Virus record (IMG/VR): IMGVR_UViG_3300028559_000007
Reading direction: 5' to 3' (one strand)
Length of the DNA: 64,000 nucleotides
Source of the DNA: an uncultured virus (IMG/VR IMGVR_UViG_3300028559_000007)
Taxonomy: Duplodnaviria > Heunggongvirae > Uroviricota > Caudoviricetes
Shown here piece by piece: positions 42,524 through 53,439 of the stretch (its first letter is position 1; the number at the start of each line of letters is the position of its first letter). Under the pieces are notes generated by a model. It saw only the letters and a program-made list of their open reading frames with translations. It was not told the origin of the DNA and ran no database searches. The translations under genes were made by a program, and so were the position numbers.

Positions 42524-44290
42524 ATGAAGTTTATAGAAATTTCATTTAGTAATATAAAGGCAGAAGTTGAGAGATTTTTAAGAATTGAACATAATAAATC
42601 TTCTTTTCTCTATTCTCCAGCTTCACCTTATGGACAAATTCTTAGTATATTAGAGAATTTACACCAATTATCTTTTTTATATTTAAAAAACTCTATAAAG
42701 CAATTTGATTTAAGCGAGCCAAATTCACTTAATGAATTAATTATTAAAAATGCTGCTATTTTTGCGGGACATATCCCAGGTAGAAATATATCAGCAACTG
42801 GCAACCTTAAATTAACAGTTAAACCTGGTATAGACTTGGAGAAAGAACTTAAAGGCGGAAGAATTAGTTTTAATAATAAAAATGGATTAAAAAATAAAAC
42901 TAATTCATTAGATTATTCATTAAATCTGGGGCAAGATAAGATCATCTATACAGTTAATAAAAATACACAGATATTTCTACCTATTATACAAGGTAGATTT
43001 AAAACTACAACATTTACAGGAACCGGAAATGCAAATCAAACTTTTCAAGTTTCATTAACCGGCAGACAAGATATTGAAAATTTTAATTATGAAATTTTAG
43101 TTAATGGGACTTACTGGACAACAAAAAAACATTTGTATGATCTAAAGCCTAATGAAGAAGCATGTGTCGTTAGAACAGGGTTTAATGGAGGCATTGATAT
43201 AATATTTGGAAATGGTGGATTTGGAGGCATACCAATCATTGGTTCTAATATTTCAGTTACCTATTTAGTATCTGATGGAGCGGATGGAAATATATTTAGA
43301 AGAACATTTAATGATTGGAAGTTTTTAGACGATGCAATAGATGGATTTGGATCAACTGTTGATGCTGCTAAAATATTTGATGTTGCAATATTTAATGATA
43401 TTAATTTTGGTGCTAATAAAGAAAGTGTAACTTTTACTAAAAATATACTACCAATTGTTTCAAATAATTTTGTGTTGGGATTGCCACAACAATACGCATA
43501 TGAAATAAAAAAGCTAGGTGTTTTCTCACATGTAAATGCTTATGAAGATTTAGGTATTGTTTATATAGTTGCGACTCCAAATATAAGATTATTTAAAAAT
43601 CAAAATGCTGACTATTTTAGTGTTAATACAAAAGCATTTGAGTTAGATAGATATGAAAAATCTAAAATAGATAAATATTTAAGAACTAATGGCAATATAC
43701 AAATTAGTAAAAAATATAGAATAGATTCTCCTAAATTATCATACTATATAATGAATATATTTATAATAAGGTATTCAGATTCAACTGATGATTCAATACA
43801 GTCACAAGTTGTAGATGTGGTTTCAGAGTATTTTTTAAATTTTAGTAGAATTGATAGAATACCCAAATCGGATTTAGTTAAAATAATTTCTAATATTAAT
43901 GATGTTCATTCGGTTGATGTTCAATTTATCTGTAAAAAGAATGAAGAATATCATAAGGAAGAAATTAAAAGACAAGAAGATAAAAGATTAAATGAAACAA
44001 AATTTGATGTTAATATAAGTGCAAATAAAAATAAAGATATACCTATTGAAAATTCTGGTATAGAGGTTGTTAAAACTAATCCAGATTATAAACCTAATGC
44101 GACTTTAGGATTGGATCCTGTTTTAGGTGACATAATATTTGATCCACAAGAGATACCTATTATAAGAGGAGGATGGTATGATAGAAATGGAATATATTTT
44201 TCAGATGAAATGGATAGTACTGGACTTAAATCAATTAATATAATTAAGAAAGGTGTTGTAGATTCAAAATTAAGAAATAACGAAATATGA
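42524..44290 (+). CDS. Baseplate wedge protein (gp6-like)
   Basis: SPYGQIL, IIQG, IIFGNG.FG.IP..G.I.VTYL..DGADGN. Confidence 0.85.
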   Translation: MKFIEISFSNIKAEVERFLRIEHNKSSFLYSPASPYGQILSILENLHQLSFLYLKNSIKQFDLSEPNSLNELIIKNAAIFAGHIPGRNISATGNLKLTVKPGIDLEKELKGGRISFNNKNGLKNKTNSLDYSLNLGQDKIIYTVNKNTQIFLPIIQGRFKTTTFTGTGNANQTFQVSLTGRQDIENFNYEILVNGTYWTTKKHLYDLKPNEEACVVRTGFNGGIDIIFGNGGFGGIPIIGSNISVTYLVSDGADGNIFRRTFNDWKFLDDAIDGFGSTVDAAKIFDVAIFNDINFGANKESVTFTKNILPIVSNNFVLGLPQQYAYEIKKLGVFSHVNAYEDLGIVYIVATPNIRLFKNQNADYFSVNTKAFELDRYEKSKIDKYLRTNGNIQISKKYRIDSPKLSYYIMNIFIIRYSDSTDDSIQSQVVDVVSEYFLNFSRIDRIPKSDLVKIISNINDVHSVDVQFICKKNEEYHKEEIKRQEDKRLNETKFDVNISANKNKDIPIENSGIEVVKTNPDYKPNATLGLDPVLGDIIFDPQEIPIIRGGWYDRNGIYFSDEMDSTGLKSINIIKKGVVDSKLRNNEI

Positions 44291-45006
44291 AATATTTGAA
44301 AAAAATATTTGAAAATGAGAAAAAATATTCTCTTATAGAAGAAGAAATATCAATTATCAAAGATATATTTACTGGATTATCAGATATAGATTTGGAAGTA
44401 AAAATAAAAGATATTAATTTTTCTATTTATAATTTTACTAATATTAGTGATATTGATAAAAATATTAATTATAGATATGGTGATAACGATGGATTAGCTT
44501 ATGAACTAGCAATAAAAAGTGTAGGATATGAGGTAACTATTACTTATTCTACTGGAAATGGTCATGCATTTAGCGATTTAGACTTTTCAAACTTTGGAGA
44601 ACTTATAAATGAGTTAAAATTAATTTCAGATAGAGTAAATAATTATATTAATTCAAAATCAGTATTTAGATTAGAAGTTGCTGGTGAAAATTGGAATGTA
44701 TTATTAATTAATTTTATTAAAAATGATCCATCTGAAGAAGACTACTATTATGTTTTTGCACAAATGTTAGCATTTATAAGCAGTACTAGTGATTTTTTTA
44801 AAAATTTTTCATTTGATAAAGTTGGAAATGATTATTATTTAACTTTATATTTAGAAGATCCTGAACCAGTATATTTAAAACAAATTGGGTTATTAAAAAA
44901 TTTCTTTGTAAGTGAATTTGAAACAATTACTTATGATAGTTTCATAAAAATTGATAATACAATGTTTAAACTTAAAAATCCAAAAATAAAATCAATTAAA
45001 TTTTAA
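44287..45006 (+). CDS. Hypothetical protein, capsid-targeting-like N-terminus
   Basis: MKYLKKIFENE. Confidence 0.65.
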   Translation: MKYLKKIFENEKKYSLIEEEISIIKDIFTGLSDIDLEVKIKDINFSIYNFTNISDIDKNINYRYGDNDGLAYELAIKSVGYEVTITYSTGNGHAFSDLDFSNFGELINELKLISDRVNNYINSKSVFRLEVAGENWNVLLINFIKNDPSEEDYYYVFAQMLAFISSTSDFFKNFSFDKVGNDYYLTLYLEDPEPVYLKQIGLLKNFFVSEFETITYDSFIKIDNTMFKLKNPKIKSIKF

Positions 45007-45007
45007 T

Positions 45008-45262
45008 ATGTTATACGAAAGAAAAGATATACCTGAATTACATTATTTAAAACATCGACATGATGATAATGATCAATATGTCAATTATGAAAAAAATATA
45101 TTGAATTCGTCTTTATCACCCTATATGTATGAAAACGATATGATGAGTGGTTGGTTAAATAAAATGCAACCTTTAGTTTCAATATTATTTGATCAAATGA
45201 ATGTTATGAAAAATTTCAAAAACTACATCGTAGACAAGTATTATTATAAACATAATGGATAA
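45008..45262 (+). CDS. Hypothetical protein (possible baseplate component)
   Basis: ORF in baseplate cluster. Confidence 0.55.
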   Translation: MLYERKDIPELHYLKHRHDDNDQYVNYEKNILNSSLSPYMYENDMMSGWLNKMQPLVSILFDQMNVMKNFKNYIVDKYYYKHNG

Positions 45263-45349
45263 AATATATTAATAATTAAATATATTTGAAAAATAAGAAA
45301 AACTATTATTTTTATATAATATATAATAGACAAAGAAAATTAAAGAATT

Positions 45350-45985
45350 ATGGCAGATGAGAAAAAAATATCAGGATTCAAAAAATTCACTGAAATGAAA
45401 AGTGAGAAAAAAGAATTAGAAGAAGCTAAATTAAATTCTGCTCCTATTACTGATTCTGATAGACCTGGTAATCCTAATACGCCTAATACATCAAAAAAAA
45501 TAGAAAAAATGCCATCTAGAAAAGGTATTATACCTAAAGAACAAAATGTTGATTTAGAAAATAAAATTGGCGACGAAGAGAAATCTAATGAAGATAAAGA
45601 TACTCAAGTAAAACTTTATGGTAAAGTTGCTAAATTTCCTAAAAAAACAAAGGCATCTAAGGCATATAATTTTTTAGAAAATGTGAAAATTTCTAAAAAT
45701 TCAATTTGGTATATTCTTATCGAAAAACAAGATAATGAACTTCAAATGGTTAAGTATAACAATAAAAAAGGTTTTGATATGGCTAAATTCGTTTTAGAAT
45801 TAAAGAATTTTTATCTAAATCAATATTCCAAAGACCATAATATGATTAAACTTATTGAATCTATTGAAGTTGGTGGAGCTGAAGAATTTTCTTCTATTAA
45901 AAATATTCCGAATATTGATATTGCGGTTGGTAAGAAATTAATTTCTAAAATTACAGAAGATTTAATTAAACTTTTAAGTAAATAA
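45350..45985 (+). CDS. Hypothetical protein
   Basis: ORF after TAATATATA. Confidence 0.65.
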   Translation: MADEKKISGFKKFTEMKSEKKELEEAKLNSAPITDSDRPGNPNTPNTSKKIEKMPSRKGIIPKEQNVDLENKIGDEEKSNEDKDTQVKLYGKVAKFPKKTKASKAYNFLENVKISKNSIWYILIEKQDNELQMVKYNNKKGFDMAKFVLELKNFYLNQYSKDHNMIKLIESIEVGGAEEFSSIKNIPNIDIAVGKKLISKITEDLIKLLSK

Positions 45986-45987
45986 TC

Positions 45988-46314
45988 ATGATTACTTTAT
46001 CTGAAAAAGCATATCAGAAAATTAAACAACTTATTATAGAATCAAATTATGATTCAGACTATTCTCTAAAAGTAGAAGTTACTAGTGGTGGTTGTTCAGG
46101 ATTAAAATATGTTATGGATTTTACAAATCAATTAAATACAGAAGATCAAATATTTTATCATCAAGATTTAAAAATTATAACAACTAAAAAATCACTTTTA
46201 TATTTAGTAGGAACTGAATTAGACTATTCGGATGGATTAAATGGTAAAGGTTTTGAGTGGATAAATCCAAATTCTAAGAGGGTTTGTGGTTGTGGTGAAT
46301 CATTCTCCATATAA
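45988..46314 (+). CDS. iscA: IscA/HesB Fe-S cluster carrier
   Basis: SGGCSGLKY, GTELDY, NPN..CGCGESF. Confidence 0.95.
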   Translation: MITLSEKAYQKIKQLIIESNYDSDYSLKVEVTSGGCSGLKYVMDFTNQLNTEDQIFYHQDLKIITTKKSLLYLVGTELDYSDGLNGKGFEWINPNSKRVCGCGESFSI

Positions 46315-46336
46315 ATAGAAATGTCTGAATATAGTA

Positions 46337-47092
46337 ATGAAAATGGATAACAAGCTACATCAGGATGATTGTTTTAATATCTTTCCTATAATAAAAGACA
46401 AATCAATAGATTTAATACTATGTGATTTACCTTATAATACTACAAAAGCAAAATGGGATATTCAATTAGATCTAAATTTATTATGGGAACAATATAAAAG
46501 AATTATTAAAGATAACGGTGCTATATTATTATTTGCTCAAACACCTTTTGATAAAATTTTGGGTTGTTCAAATTTAAGTTGGTTGAAATATGAATGGATT
46601 TGGGAAAAAACACAAGCTACTGGTTGGTTAAATGCTAAGAAGATGCCTATGAAATCACATGAAAATATATTAGTTTTTTATAAAAATCCACCAATTTATA
46701 ATCCTCAAAAAACTACTGGACATAAGCCTATAAATACATACACAAAAAAGCCAGAAGTTCAAAATAAAACTGAATTATATGGTAATATGAATAAATTAAT
46801 AAGTGGTGGTGGAGATACTGATAGATATCCAAGATCCGTATTAATCTTTCCATCAGATAAACAGAAAAATAAATTAGATGGAACAATACATCCAACTCAA
46901 AAACCATTAGCACTTTGTGAATATTTAATAAAAACATACACGAATGAAGGCGCCTTAGTATTGGATAATACAGCAGGGAGTGGAACTACTGGTTTGGCTG
47001 CTAAAAATACAAATAGAAAATATATCTTAATTGAAAAAGAAGAAAAATGGTGTCAAGTTATTAAGAAAAGAATTCCAGATATTAATATATAA
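46337..47092 (+). CDS. DNA N4/N6 methyltransferase (beta class)
   Basis: DLPY, HPTQKP, VLDNTAGSGTT. Confidence 0.92.
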   Translation: MKMDNKLHQDDCFNIFPIIKDKSIDLILCDLPYNTTKAKWDIQLDLNLLWEQYKRIIKDNGAILLFAQTPFDKILGCSNLSWLKYEWIWEKTQATGWLNAKKMPMKSHENILVFYKNPPIYNPQKTTGHKPINTYTKKPEVQNKTELYGNMNKLISGGGDTDRYPRSVLIFPSDKQKNKLDGTIHPTQKPLALCEYLIKTYTNEGALVLDNTAGSGTTGLAAKNTNRKYILIEKEEKWCQVIKKRIPDINI

Positions 47093-47095
47093 AAA

Positions 47096-47404
47096 GTGAA
47101 AAAGTTTTCAAAATTAAATGAATCCGTTAATATAGATATTGATAAGGTTAATTTATTATTATCTAAATTAGAAGGGTTTGAATATAAAATATTCGATTAT
47201 TATTACCATATTAATAAATCTTTAATAAAGTTATATACTGATGAAAAAGATTTAATTGAAGATTCATATTATTCAACTTTAATTGTTATAAAAAATACTG
47301 AAATACCAAAAAATTGGTCTAATAGTATAGAGGGCTGGAATGATAAGTTAGGATTTAATAGTTCAGGATTTGATTTTTGTGATTTTGATAATGCTAAAAA
47401 ATTA
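47096..47404 (+). pseudogene. 5' part of a gene disrupted by the IS1595-family element
   Basis: 103 codons to the target duplication; joins in frame with 53565..54077. Confidence 0.85.
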
Positions 47405-47515
47405 GGGAACTATATACTTGTTTAACCTAAACTAATTCCTATTATTTATATATTATTTTTAATTTTTGTTCTTTTTCCTTATCTTTGAGGAATTAATTTA
47501 TTTAATAAATACTAA

Positions 47516-49666
47516 ATGAAAGATTTATACCTTATATCAACCAAAACCTTACAATATCCTGCTGATTTGGATAGAACAGAACATGGATTAGAGCCATTAA
47601 GAAGAGGTTGTATTATTAAAGTCGGAGAAGCAATTGATGCTGATGTCCGAGTTGAAACACTTGATGGGACTTTTGTTTTTGAAAAACCAACTATACTAAA
47701 AGTTTGGAAAAATTCTCCTTTATCAGATAAAGAAGTTCATCCTGAACTTGAGAAAAGAGGATTTCCTAAATATAGAGAGGATAGAGATAGAGAATTTTTT
47801 GAATTTGATACAATAGAGCAAGCAACAAGAGAAGTTAATGATATTCTTTATGGAACAAAAAATTTGAAAACTTATCCACCAAGAGAAGAACAAAGGGATA
47901 TTGTTGATGGTGTTTGTAAATTATTCAAATTGAATATTAGTAGAACTGAAAAGAGAAAGATTGTAAGAGCGTTAGTTAATGCTAAAATGCGTTCTGGTAA
48001 GTGTCATATCTCTTATAGAATTGTTAAAAATATGGAATTCAAAAGAGTTCTTGTTTTAACATATAAACCAAATGGTGTTGCTGAAAGTTGGCAAGATGAT
48101 ATTGATCATATTGAGTTCAAAGATTTTATTTTCAAAAAATCAATTGGTTTAGATGAAGTTAAATTTGAAGAAACTGATAAAGTTCAAATTATATTCGCTT
48201 CATTTCAAGATGCTCTTGGAGAAGTTAAGGATGATGAAGGAAATATTATAAAACAACATAAAGATAAATGGAACCCAATTTTTGAACAAAGAATTGATTT
48301 AATTATAAAAGACGAGGATCACTACGGATATGAAACAGAAAGATCTAAAAACTTCTTATCAAAGTTAAATTACGACTATGAACTTGCTTTATCAGGAACT
48401 CCGTTTAAGGCAATTTTAGATGGAAAATATAATAAAGAAGAAGTTTTTACATGGACATATCTACAAGAACAATTAAAGAGAAGAGTGGAGAAAGAAAGTG
48501 CTTGGAAAACAGACATTTATCGTTCATTGCCTGAATTTGAAGTTTTTTTGTGTAAATATAACAATGATATTGTTAAGGATTTCTTAAAATTCTATACAGA
48601 GGATGAAAAAATAACCAACTATAAGTTATTTTCTAATGAGAAATTAGTTTATGATTATTTAACTTGGATTAAAATGGATCCGAGTATGAATAAACTCATA
48701 ACTAATCATATGTTTTGGTATTTACCACAAATTGTAAATTGTGATACTATTGAAAAAGTTATATCTGAACATCCTTATTGGAAGGATTATGTTTTGATAA
48801 ATGCTTCTGGTGATAAAGTTAAAGATTTAGAAGGAACAAAAAGTAGAATTTATAACAAAGTTGCTAAAACTATAACTCTTTCTTGTGGTAGATGGAATAC
48901 AGGATCGACCGTAAAACAATGGAATTCTGTTTGGATGTTAGATGATGGATACTCTGCTGAAAATTGGTTTCAAACAGGAATGAGAAGTGGAAGTCCTTGG
49001 ATTGGAAAAGAAGGAGAATTTCTTAAAGAAAAAGTTCATATCGTAGATTTTAATTCGGATAGAATGTTGAAATGTTATATTGAATATTCAACCGTTATTT
49101 CCAAATATACAGGATATGAACCTGCTGAATTTAGTAGAGAAATGTTGAATTGTATGCCTATTTTCAGCGTTGATGGTGCTTCTGTTATTAAAATGGATGG
49201 AGATAATTTAATTGAACACTTTAATAGGGTTTTAACGGATTCATTTGGATCTCTTTCTCTTTTAGATAGAGATAAATTTGATGATGATATTAAGTCTATA
49301 TTAGAAGGAATTAATGGTAATCTATCAAAAGAAGAACAAATTTCAATGAATAAATCATCAAAGGGTAGAGGTAAAAATAATAAAAGAAGTAAAGTAAGTG
49401 AAGGTAGTAAAAGTGATGTTGAAAGAATTGAAGATTATGTCATAAAAGCAAGATTGATTACAAATAGATTTAAGAACTTTCTTTTTGTAGTTGATAAGGT
49501 TTCAAACATAAATGATATTTTTAACTATAAAGATGAATTTAAAACACAAACAGGAGTTGATGCTGAAAAATTTAAAGTTCTTTTGGATAAAGGATTTATT
49601 TTAGAAGAAAAGATTAATGATAGTATTGATTTATTCAATATTAATAACGAATATTTATATAACTAA
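47516..49666 (+). CDS. Restriction-like subunit: N-terminal GIY-YIG/T5orf172-like nuclease plus SF2 helicase
   Basis: IKVGEA..R..DKEVH..EFF; AKMRSGK, DEDH, LSGTP. Confidence 0.8.
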   Translation: MKDLYLISTKTLQYPADLDRTEHGLEPLRRGCIIKVGEAIDADVRVETLDGTFVFEKPTILKVWKNSPLSDKEVHPELEKRGFPKYREDRDREFFEFDTIEQATREVNDILYGTKNLKTYPPREEQRDIVDGVCKLFKLNISRTEKRKIVRALVNAKMRSGKCHISYRIVKNMEFKRVLVLTYKPNGVAESWQDDIDHIEFKDFIFKKSIGLDEVKFEETDKVQIIFASFQDALGEVKDDEGNIIKQHKDKWNPIFEQRIDLIIKDEDHYGYETERSKNFLSKLNYDYELALSGTPFKAILDGKYNKEEVFTWTYLQEQLKRRVEKESAWKTDIYRSLPEFEVFLCKYNNDIVKDFLKFYTEDEKITNYKLFSNEKLVYDYLTWIKMDPSMNKLITNHMFWYLPQIVNCDTIEKVISEHPYWKDYVLINASGDKVKDLEGTKSRIYNKVAKTITLSCGRWNTGSTVKQWNSVWMLDDGYSAENWFQTGMRSGSPWIGKEGEFLKEKVHIVDFNSDRMLKCYIEYSTVISKYTGYEPAEFSREMLNCMPIFSVDGASVIKMDGDNLIEHFNRVLTDSFGSLSLLDRDKFDDDIKSILEGINGNLSKEEQISMNKSSKGRGKNNKRSKVSEGSKSDVERIEDYVIKARLITNRFKNFLFVVDKVSNINDIFNYKDEFKTQTGVDAEKFKVLLDKGFILEEKINDSIDLFNINNEYLYN

Positions 49667-51018
49667 TGATAACAAAGGAACAACAATCAAGAATTGATAT
49701 TCTTTTTAAGCAAATAGACAACTTGGAGTCTTCGGATTCTTTTACTATGACACCAAGAGGTGTTTGTGAGGAATTGGTTTCACAAAAATTTGATATTGGA
49801 TTATCATACTTAGATATTTGTTGTGGTAAAGGAACTATATTATTGTGCTTATATTTAAGATTTTGGGAGACATTGGATATATCAGATATAGAAGAGAAAA
49901 ATAAATATATACTTGATAGAATATGTGGTGTGGATATATCAAAATCTCAGGCGGATATTGCTAAAAACACACTAAAAAAGGTTCAAAAGATACTAAAAAT
50001 ATCAAACATTATTGAACCTTTTGTATATAATTATAACATCCTTGATGTTGATAAAAAAGAAGTTAATGATTTGAAAAGAAAGTTTAGTTGTGTGATTACA
50101 AATCCTCCTTATAATTCTGAAAGAGGTGATAATAATCAATCTGTGGATATTTACCCAGAATTTGTAGATAAGGCTTTTGAATTGGCTGATAGATATGTGA
50201 TTATGATTACAAAATCTAATTGGATGAATTTTCCTTCTCATAAAAAATTCAGAGAAAAAATGATAAATGGGTATAATGTTGATAAAATTATTCATTATCC
50301 TGAAAATCCATTTAAGGGAACTGATATACAAGGAGGTGTATCTTATTTTGTTATTGATAATCAAAATACAAAAGATACATTTGAATTAAATGGTGTTGTT
50401 TATGATAGAAAAACTGCTTTACATTTTTTACCATATGAATTAGGTGAAAAAGAACTTAAATTATTAGATAAAATAATGTCATTTGAAAAAATAAATTTAA
50501 TAAATTATAGATCAAAGGGTTATTATGATATAAAATCAAATGATAGTAGGTTAATAAAAGAGAAAAAAGAAAATTATATTTATTGTCATGTTTCAGAATT
50601 AAAAGGAAAAGATATGTATTTTCCTACATCAGAATTTAATGAAAAGATTAAAAAAGATTTTGATAAATATAAAGTATTTACAACATCAAGTTATGGTGTT
50701 CCAAATAAATTAGGTAGAATTTTAATTGGTAAAAATGAACTGAATAGTGAAAGTTTAGTAAATTGGGTATTTGATACTGAGCAAGAAATGTATAATTGGT
50801 ATAATTATATGAATACTAAATTATTCAGAGTTTGTGTATCAATGATTAAAAATAAAAAAGATGTTAGTAAAATAACATTTTCTCTAATACCACAAATTGA
50901 TTTTTCAAAATTAGAAAAAGTAGATGATGAAAACATTTATAAGTATCTAAATTTAACAGAGGAAGATATTCAAACTATTGAAGAAAGATGTGAAAGATTA
51001 AAATTAATTAAAAAATAA
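49666..51018 (+). CDS. Eco57I-like N6-adenine DNA methyltransferase
   Basis: LDICCGKG motif I; NPPY motif IV; C-terminal target-recognition-like region. Confidence 0.9.
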   Translation: MITKEQQSRIDILFKQIDNLESSDSFTMTPRGVCEELVSQKFDIGLSYLDICCGKGTILLCLYLRFWETLDISDIEEKNKYILDRICGVDISKSQADIAKNTLKKVQKILKISNIIEPFVYNYNILDVDKKEVNDLKRKFSCVITNPPYNSERGDNNQSVDIYPEFVDKAFELADRYVIMITKSNWMNFPSHKKFREKMINGYNVDKIIHYPENPFKGTDIQGGVSYFVIDNQNTKDTFELNGVVYDRKTALHFLPYELGEKELKLLDKIMSFEKINLINYRSKGYYDIKSNDSRLIKEKKENYIYCHVSELKGKDMYFPTSEFNEKIKKDFDKYKVFTTSSYGVPNKLGRILIGKNELNSESLVNWVFDTEQEMYNWYNYMNTKLFRVCVSMIKNKKDVSKITFSLIPQIDFSKLEKVDDENIYKYLNLTEEDIQTIEERCERLKLIKK

Positions 51019-51028
51019 TAATAAAATT

Positions 51029-51316
51029 ATGAAAATTGTAAAAGAAATTTATTGTGTAAATAAAGACAAAGATGGGGTGATTATAAATGTTGGAGTTATC
51101 AATGAAAAATTGAACGAAAAAGGACAGAAAACATATTCTTCAAAGAAGAAAGAAGATTTCATCAAAGAAGTTAGAGATTTGGAAAAGAAAGGTAATGATG
51201 TAGAAATTAAAACAACAGAAGGAACAGAAGTTCATATCGTAAAAGATAAATATTTAAGAACTGATGGTGATCAATCAAAAGATAATGATCTTTTAGATTT
51301 AAGAGAATGTAAGTAA
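51029..51316 (+). CDS. DUF3892-like protein
   Basis: YLRTDGDQSKDNDLLDLREC ending. Confidence 0.75.
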   Translation: MKIVKEIYCVNKDKDGVIINVGVINEKLNEKGQKTYSSKKKEDFIKEVRDLEKKGNDVEIKTTEGTEVHIVKDKYLRTDGDQSKDNDLLDLRECK

Positions 51317-51331
51317 AAATAATCAGAAGAT

Positions 51332-51739
51332 GTGTCAAAAATTAAAGGAATTGAGAAAATAAAAGAAGAAATAAACAATCTTACCAAATATAGGAAAGAA
51401 CATGCTGATACTTTTGGTGAGGTTTTTACAGATTTCTATCTCATAGAAGAACATGTGTCTAATATTGATCCTAAATTATTTAAGGATCCAACATCAACAT
51501 TTCTTGATCCTTGTGCTGGATTTGGATCATATTCAATTATTCTTATTGAAAAATTAATGGAAGGATTAAAAGACTGGGAACCTAATCCAGAAAAGAGATG
51601 GAAACACATACTTGAAAATCAAATATTTATGGTGGAATTACAAAAGGAATCCTGTGAAATAATAGAGAAATTATTTAATCCATCAGGAAAATATAAGTTA
51701 AATTTATACAATCAGTCATTTTTAGATTTTAATATATAA
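51332..51739 (+). CDS. Methyltransferase SAM-binding half lacking the catalytic NPPY motif
   Basis: FGEVFT and FLDPCAGFG present; ORF ends before motif IV. Confidence 0.75.
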   Translation: MSKIKGIEKIKEEINNLTKYRKEHADTFGEVFTDFYLIEEHVSNIDPKLFKDPTSTFLDPCAGFGSYSIILIEKLMEGLKDWEPNPEKRWKHILENQIFMVELQKESCEIIEKLFNPSGKYKLNLYNQSFLDFNI

Positions 51740-51752
51740 AAATAAAAATCTT

Positions 51753-51956
51753 ATGAAGACAAAAAAATTCAAAGAATTTGTTAATATGGAAGTTGGTTTA
51801 GATTTAGTTAAAAACAAAACTGAAATTAAAACTATTGATTTAACTAAATACAAAGGAATTAACGAAAGTAAAAGCCCAGAAGAACTTAAAAAGGCAGCAG
51901 AAACAATTGGATTAGATCTTACAAAAAATCTATCAAAAAGAATTGATTTGATATGA
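51753..51956 (+). CDS. Small protein with capsid-targeting-like N-terminus
   Basis: MKTKKFKEFVNME; TAATATATA at 51730. Confidence 0.6.
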   Translation: MKTKKFKEFVNMEVGLDLVKNKTEIKTIDLTKYKGINESKSPEELKKAAETIGLDLTKNLSKRIDLI

Positions 51957-52306
51957 AAGTATTAACTGATATTTATATTTTCAAAACATCTGATGATATA
52001 AGAATTTACAAATCACTTTGGGACACTGGTGCTACCGAAACTTTAATTTCAAGTAAAGTCATAACTGAACTGAATTTAGAACAAACAGGAGAAGTTGAAG
52101 TATCAACTATAAATGGAACTATAAACAGCAAAAGATTTGGTTGTGGTTTATTATTAGAAAATCACTCAAAGTCAATAAATATTCAACCGGCTGAATTTTC
52201 TCATAGAAAAGAATGTGATGTAATAATTGGAATGGATATAATCCAACACGGATTATTTATTTTAGATAAAGGTAAATTTTCATTTACAATAGATCAACTC
52301 AAATAA
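51953..52306 (+). CDS. Retropepsin-like aspartic protease
   Basis: LWDTGAT and DVIIGMDII. Confidence 0.88.
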   Translation: MKVLTDIYIFKTSDDIRIYKSLWDTGATETLISSKVITELNLEQTGEVEVSTINGTINSKRFGCGLLLENHSKSINIQPAEFSHRKECDVIIGMDIIQHGLFILDKGKFSFTIDQLK

Positions 52307-52511
52307 TTGATTTTAACATATCATTAAAGTCAATATCAATCACACCATCTAAATCACTATAAAGTTCTCTTAAAATCATCTTTAACCTAACCATTTCATC
52401 ATCCGAAAGCAAACCATCATTCAGTTTATTTCCAAAAACAACTTTTGACATTCCCATTTTCTGAGCCAATAATGTTTGGTTCAATTTCCATTTTTTAATT
52501 ACTTCTAACAT
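52299..52511 (-). CDS. Small HTH protein downstream of the transposase
   Basis: LNQTLLAQKMGMSK. Confidence 0.65.
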   Translation of the reverse strand: MLEVIKKWKLNQTLLAQKMGMSKVVFGNKLNDGLLSDDEMVRLKMILRELYSDLDGVIDIDFNDMLKSII

Positions 52512-53439
52512 TTTTTAATTCTTTATAGGTTAAACGATTGTTAATATTATTAAGGACATAATCAAATCTATAACTTTCTGAAAATCCACGAGTGTTATAT
52601 CTGAAAACAAATTCATCAACATATCTTTGTAAATGTTTCTTACTCATTGAATGATAAATACCCATTATTCCTCTCTTCAAAATTGCCCAAAATCCTTCAA
52701 TTGTATTTGTGTGAATATCACCTTTAACATATTCCTTACTATTGTGTTTTACAACATTATGATCAAAGATTTTAGATAATCCTTTATATCCTAACCATTC
52801 ATCAGTATTTAACGGATTTCCTGATTTTAAGTTTTTGTGTATAAACTTCTTCAAGATTTCTCCTGATGTTCCATCTACAACATTGGCTCTCAATTCGCCA
52901 CCTCTTTTAATAATTCCAACAACTGGGATTTTAGTTTTCAAACTTCTACCTTGTGTTCCCTTTGTCTTTTTACTTTGATGTTTATTCTTTTCTTGACCAC
53001 CAATATAAGTTTCATCTGCTTCACAAGTTCCTTCTAATTTATCAGTTGGTTGATTATTTAATCCTAAACTATGTCTAACTCTATGAAGCATAAACCAAGC
53101 AGTTTTTTGAGTAATTCCTAAATCTTTGTGTAATTGTAAAGATGATATACCTTTCTTATGCGAAGTTATAAGATAAATAGCAGCAAACCATTTTTGTAGA
53201 GATATTTTACTTCCTTCAAACATTGTTCCAACTCTTACTGAAAATTGTTTCTTACATTTATCACACTTATAAACTTTACCATTACTATATTTGAAAACTT
53301 TATCGTGCTTACAATCTTCATAAGGACAGGTTATATTACCATTCCATCTAATTTGTTCCAAATATTCTCTACACACTTGTTCATTATTGAAGTATGTGAA
53401 AAGTTGGACTAAATTATTGAATTTCTGTAAGATTATCAT
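52495..53439 (-). CDS. IS1595-family DDE transposase
   Basis: Zn ribbon CPY..C..CDKC, GISSLQL..TAWFM.HR, EADETY.GG, TDEW..Y, HTNTIEGFW. Confidence 0.96.
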   Translation of the reverse strand: MIILQKFNNLVQLFTYFNNEQVCREYLEQIRWNGNITCPYEDCKHDKVFKYSNGKVYKCDKCKKQFSVRVGTMFEGSKISLQKWFAAIYLITSHKKGISSLQLHKDLGITQKTAWFMLHRVRHSLGLNNQPTDKLEGTCEADETYIGGQEKNKHQSKKTKGTQGRSLKTKIPVVGIIKRGGELRANVVDGTSGEILKKFIHKNLKSGNPLNTDEWLGYKGLSKIFDHNVVKHNSKEYVKGDIHTNTIEGFWAILKRGIMGIYHSMSKKHLQRYVDEFVFRYNTRGFSESYRFDYVLNNINNRLTYKELKNVRSN

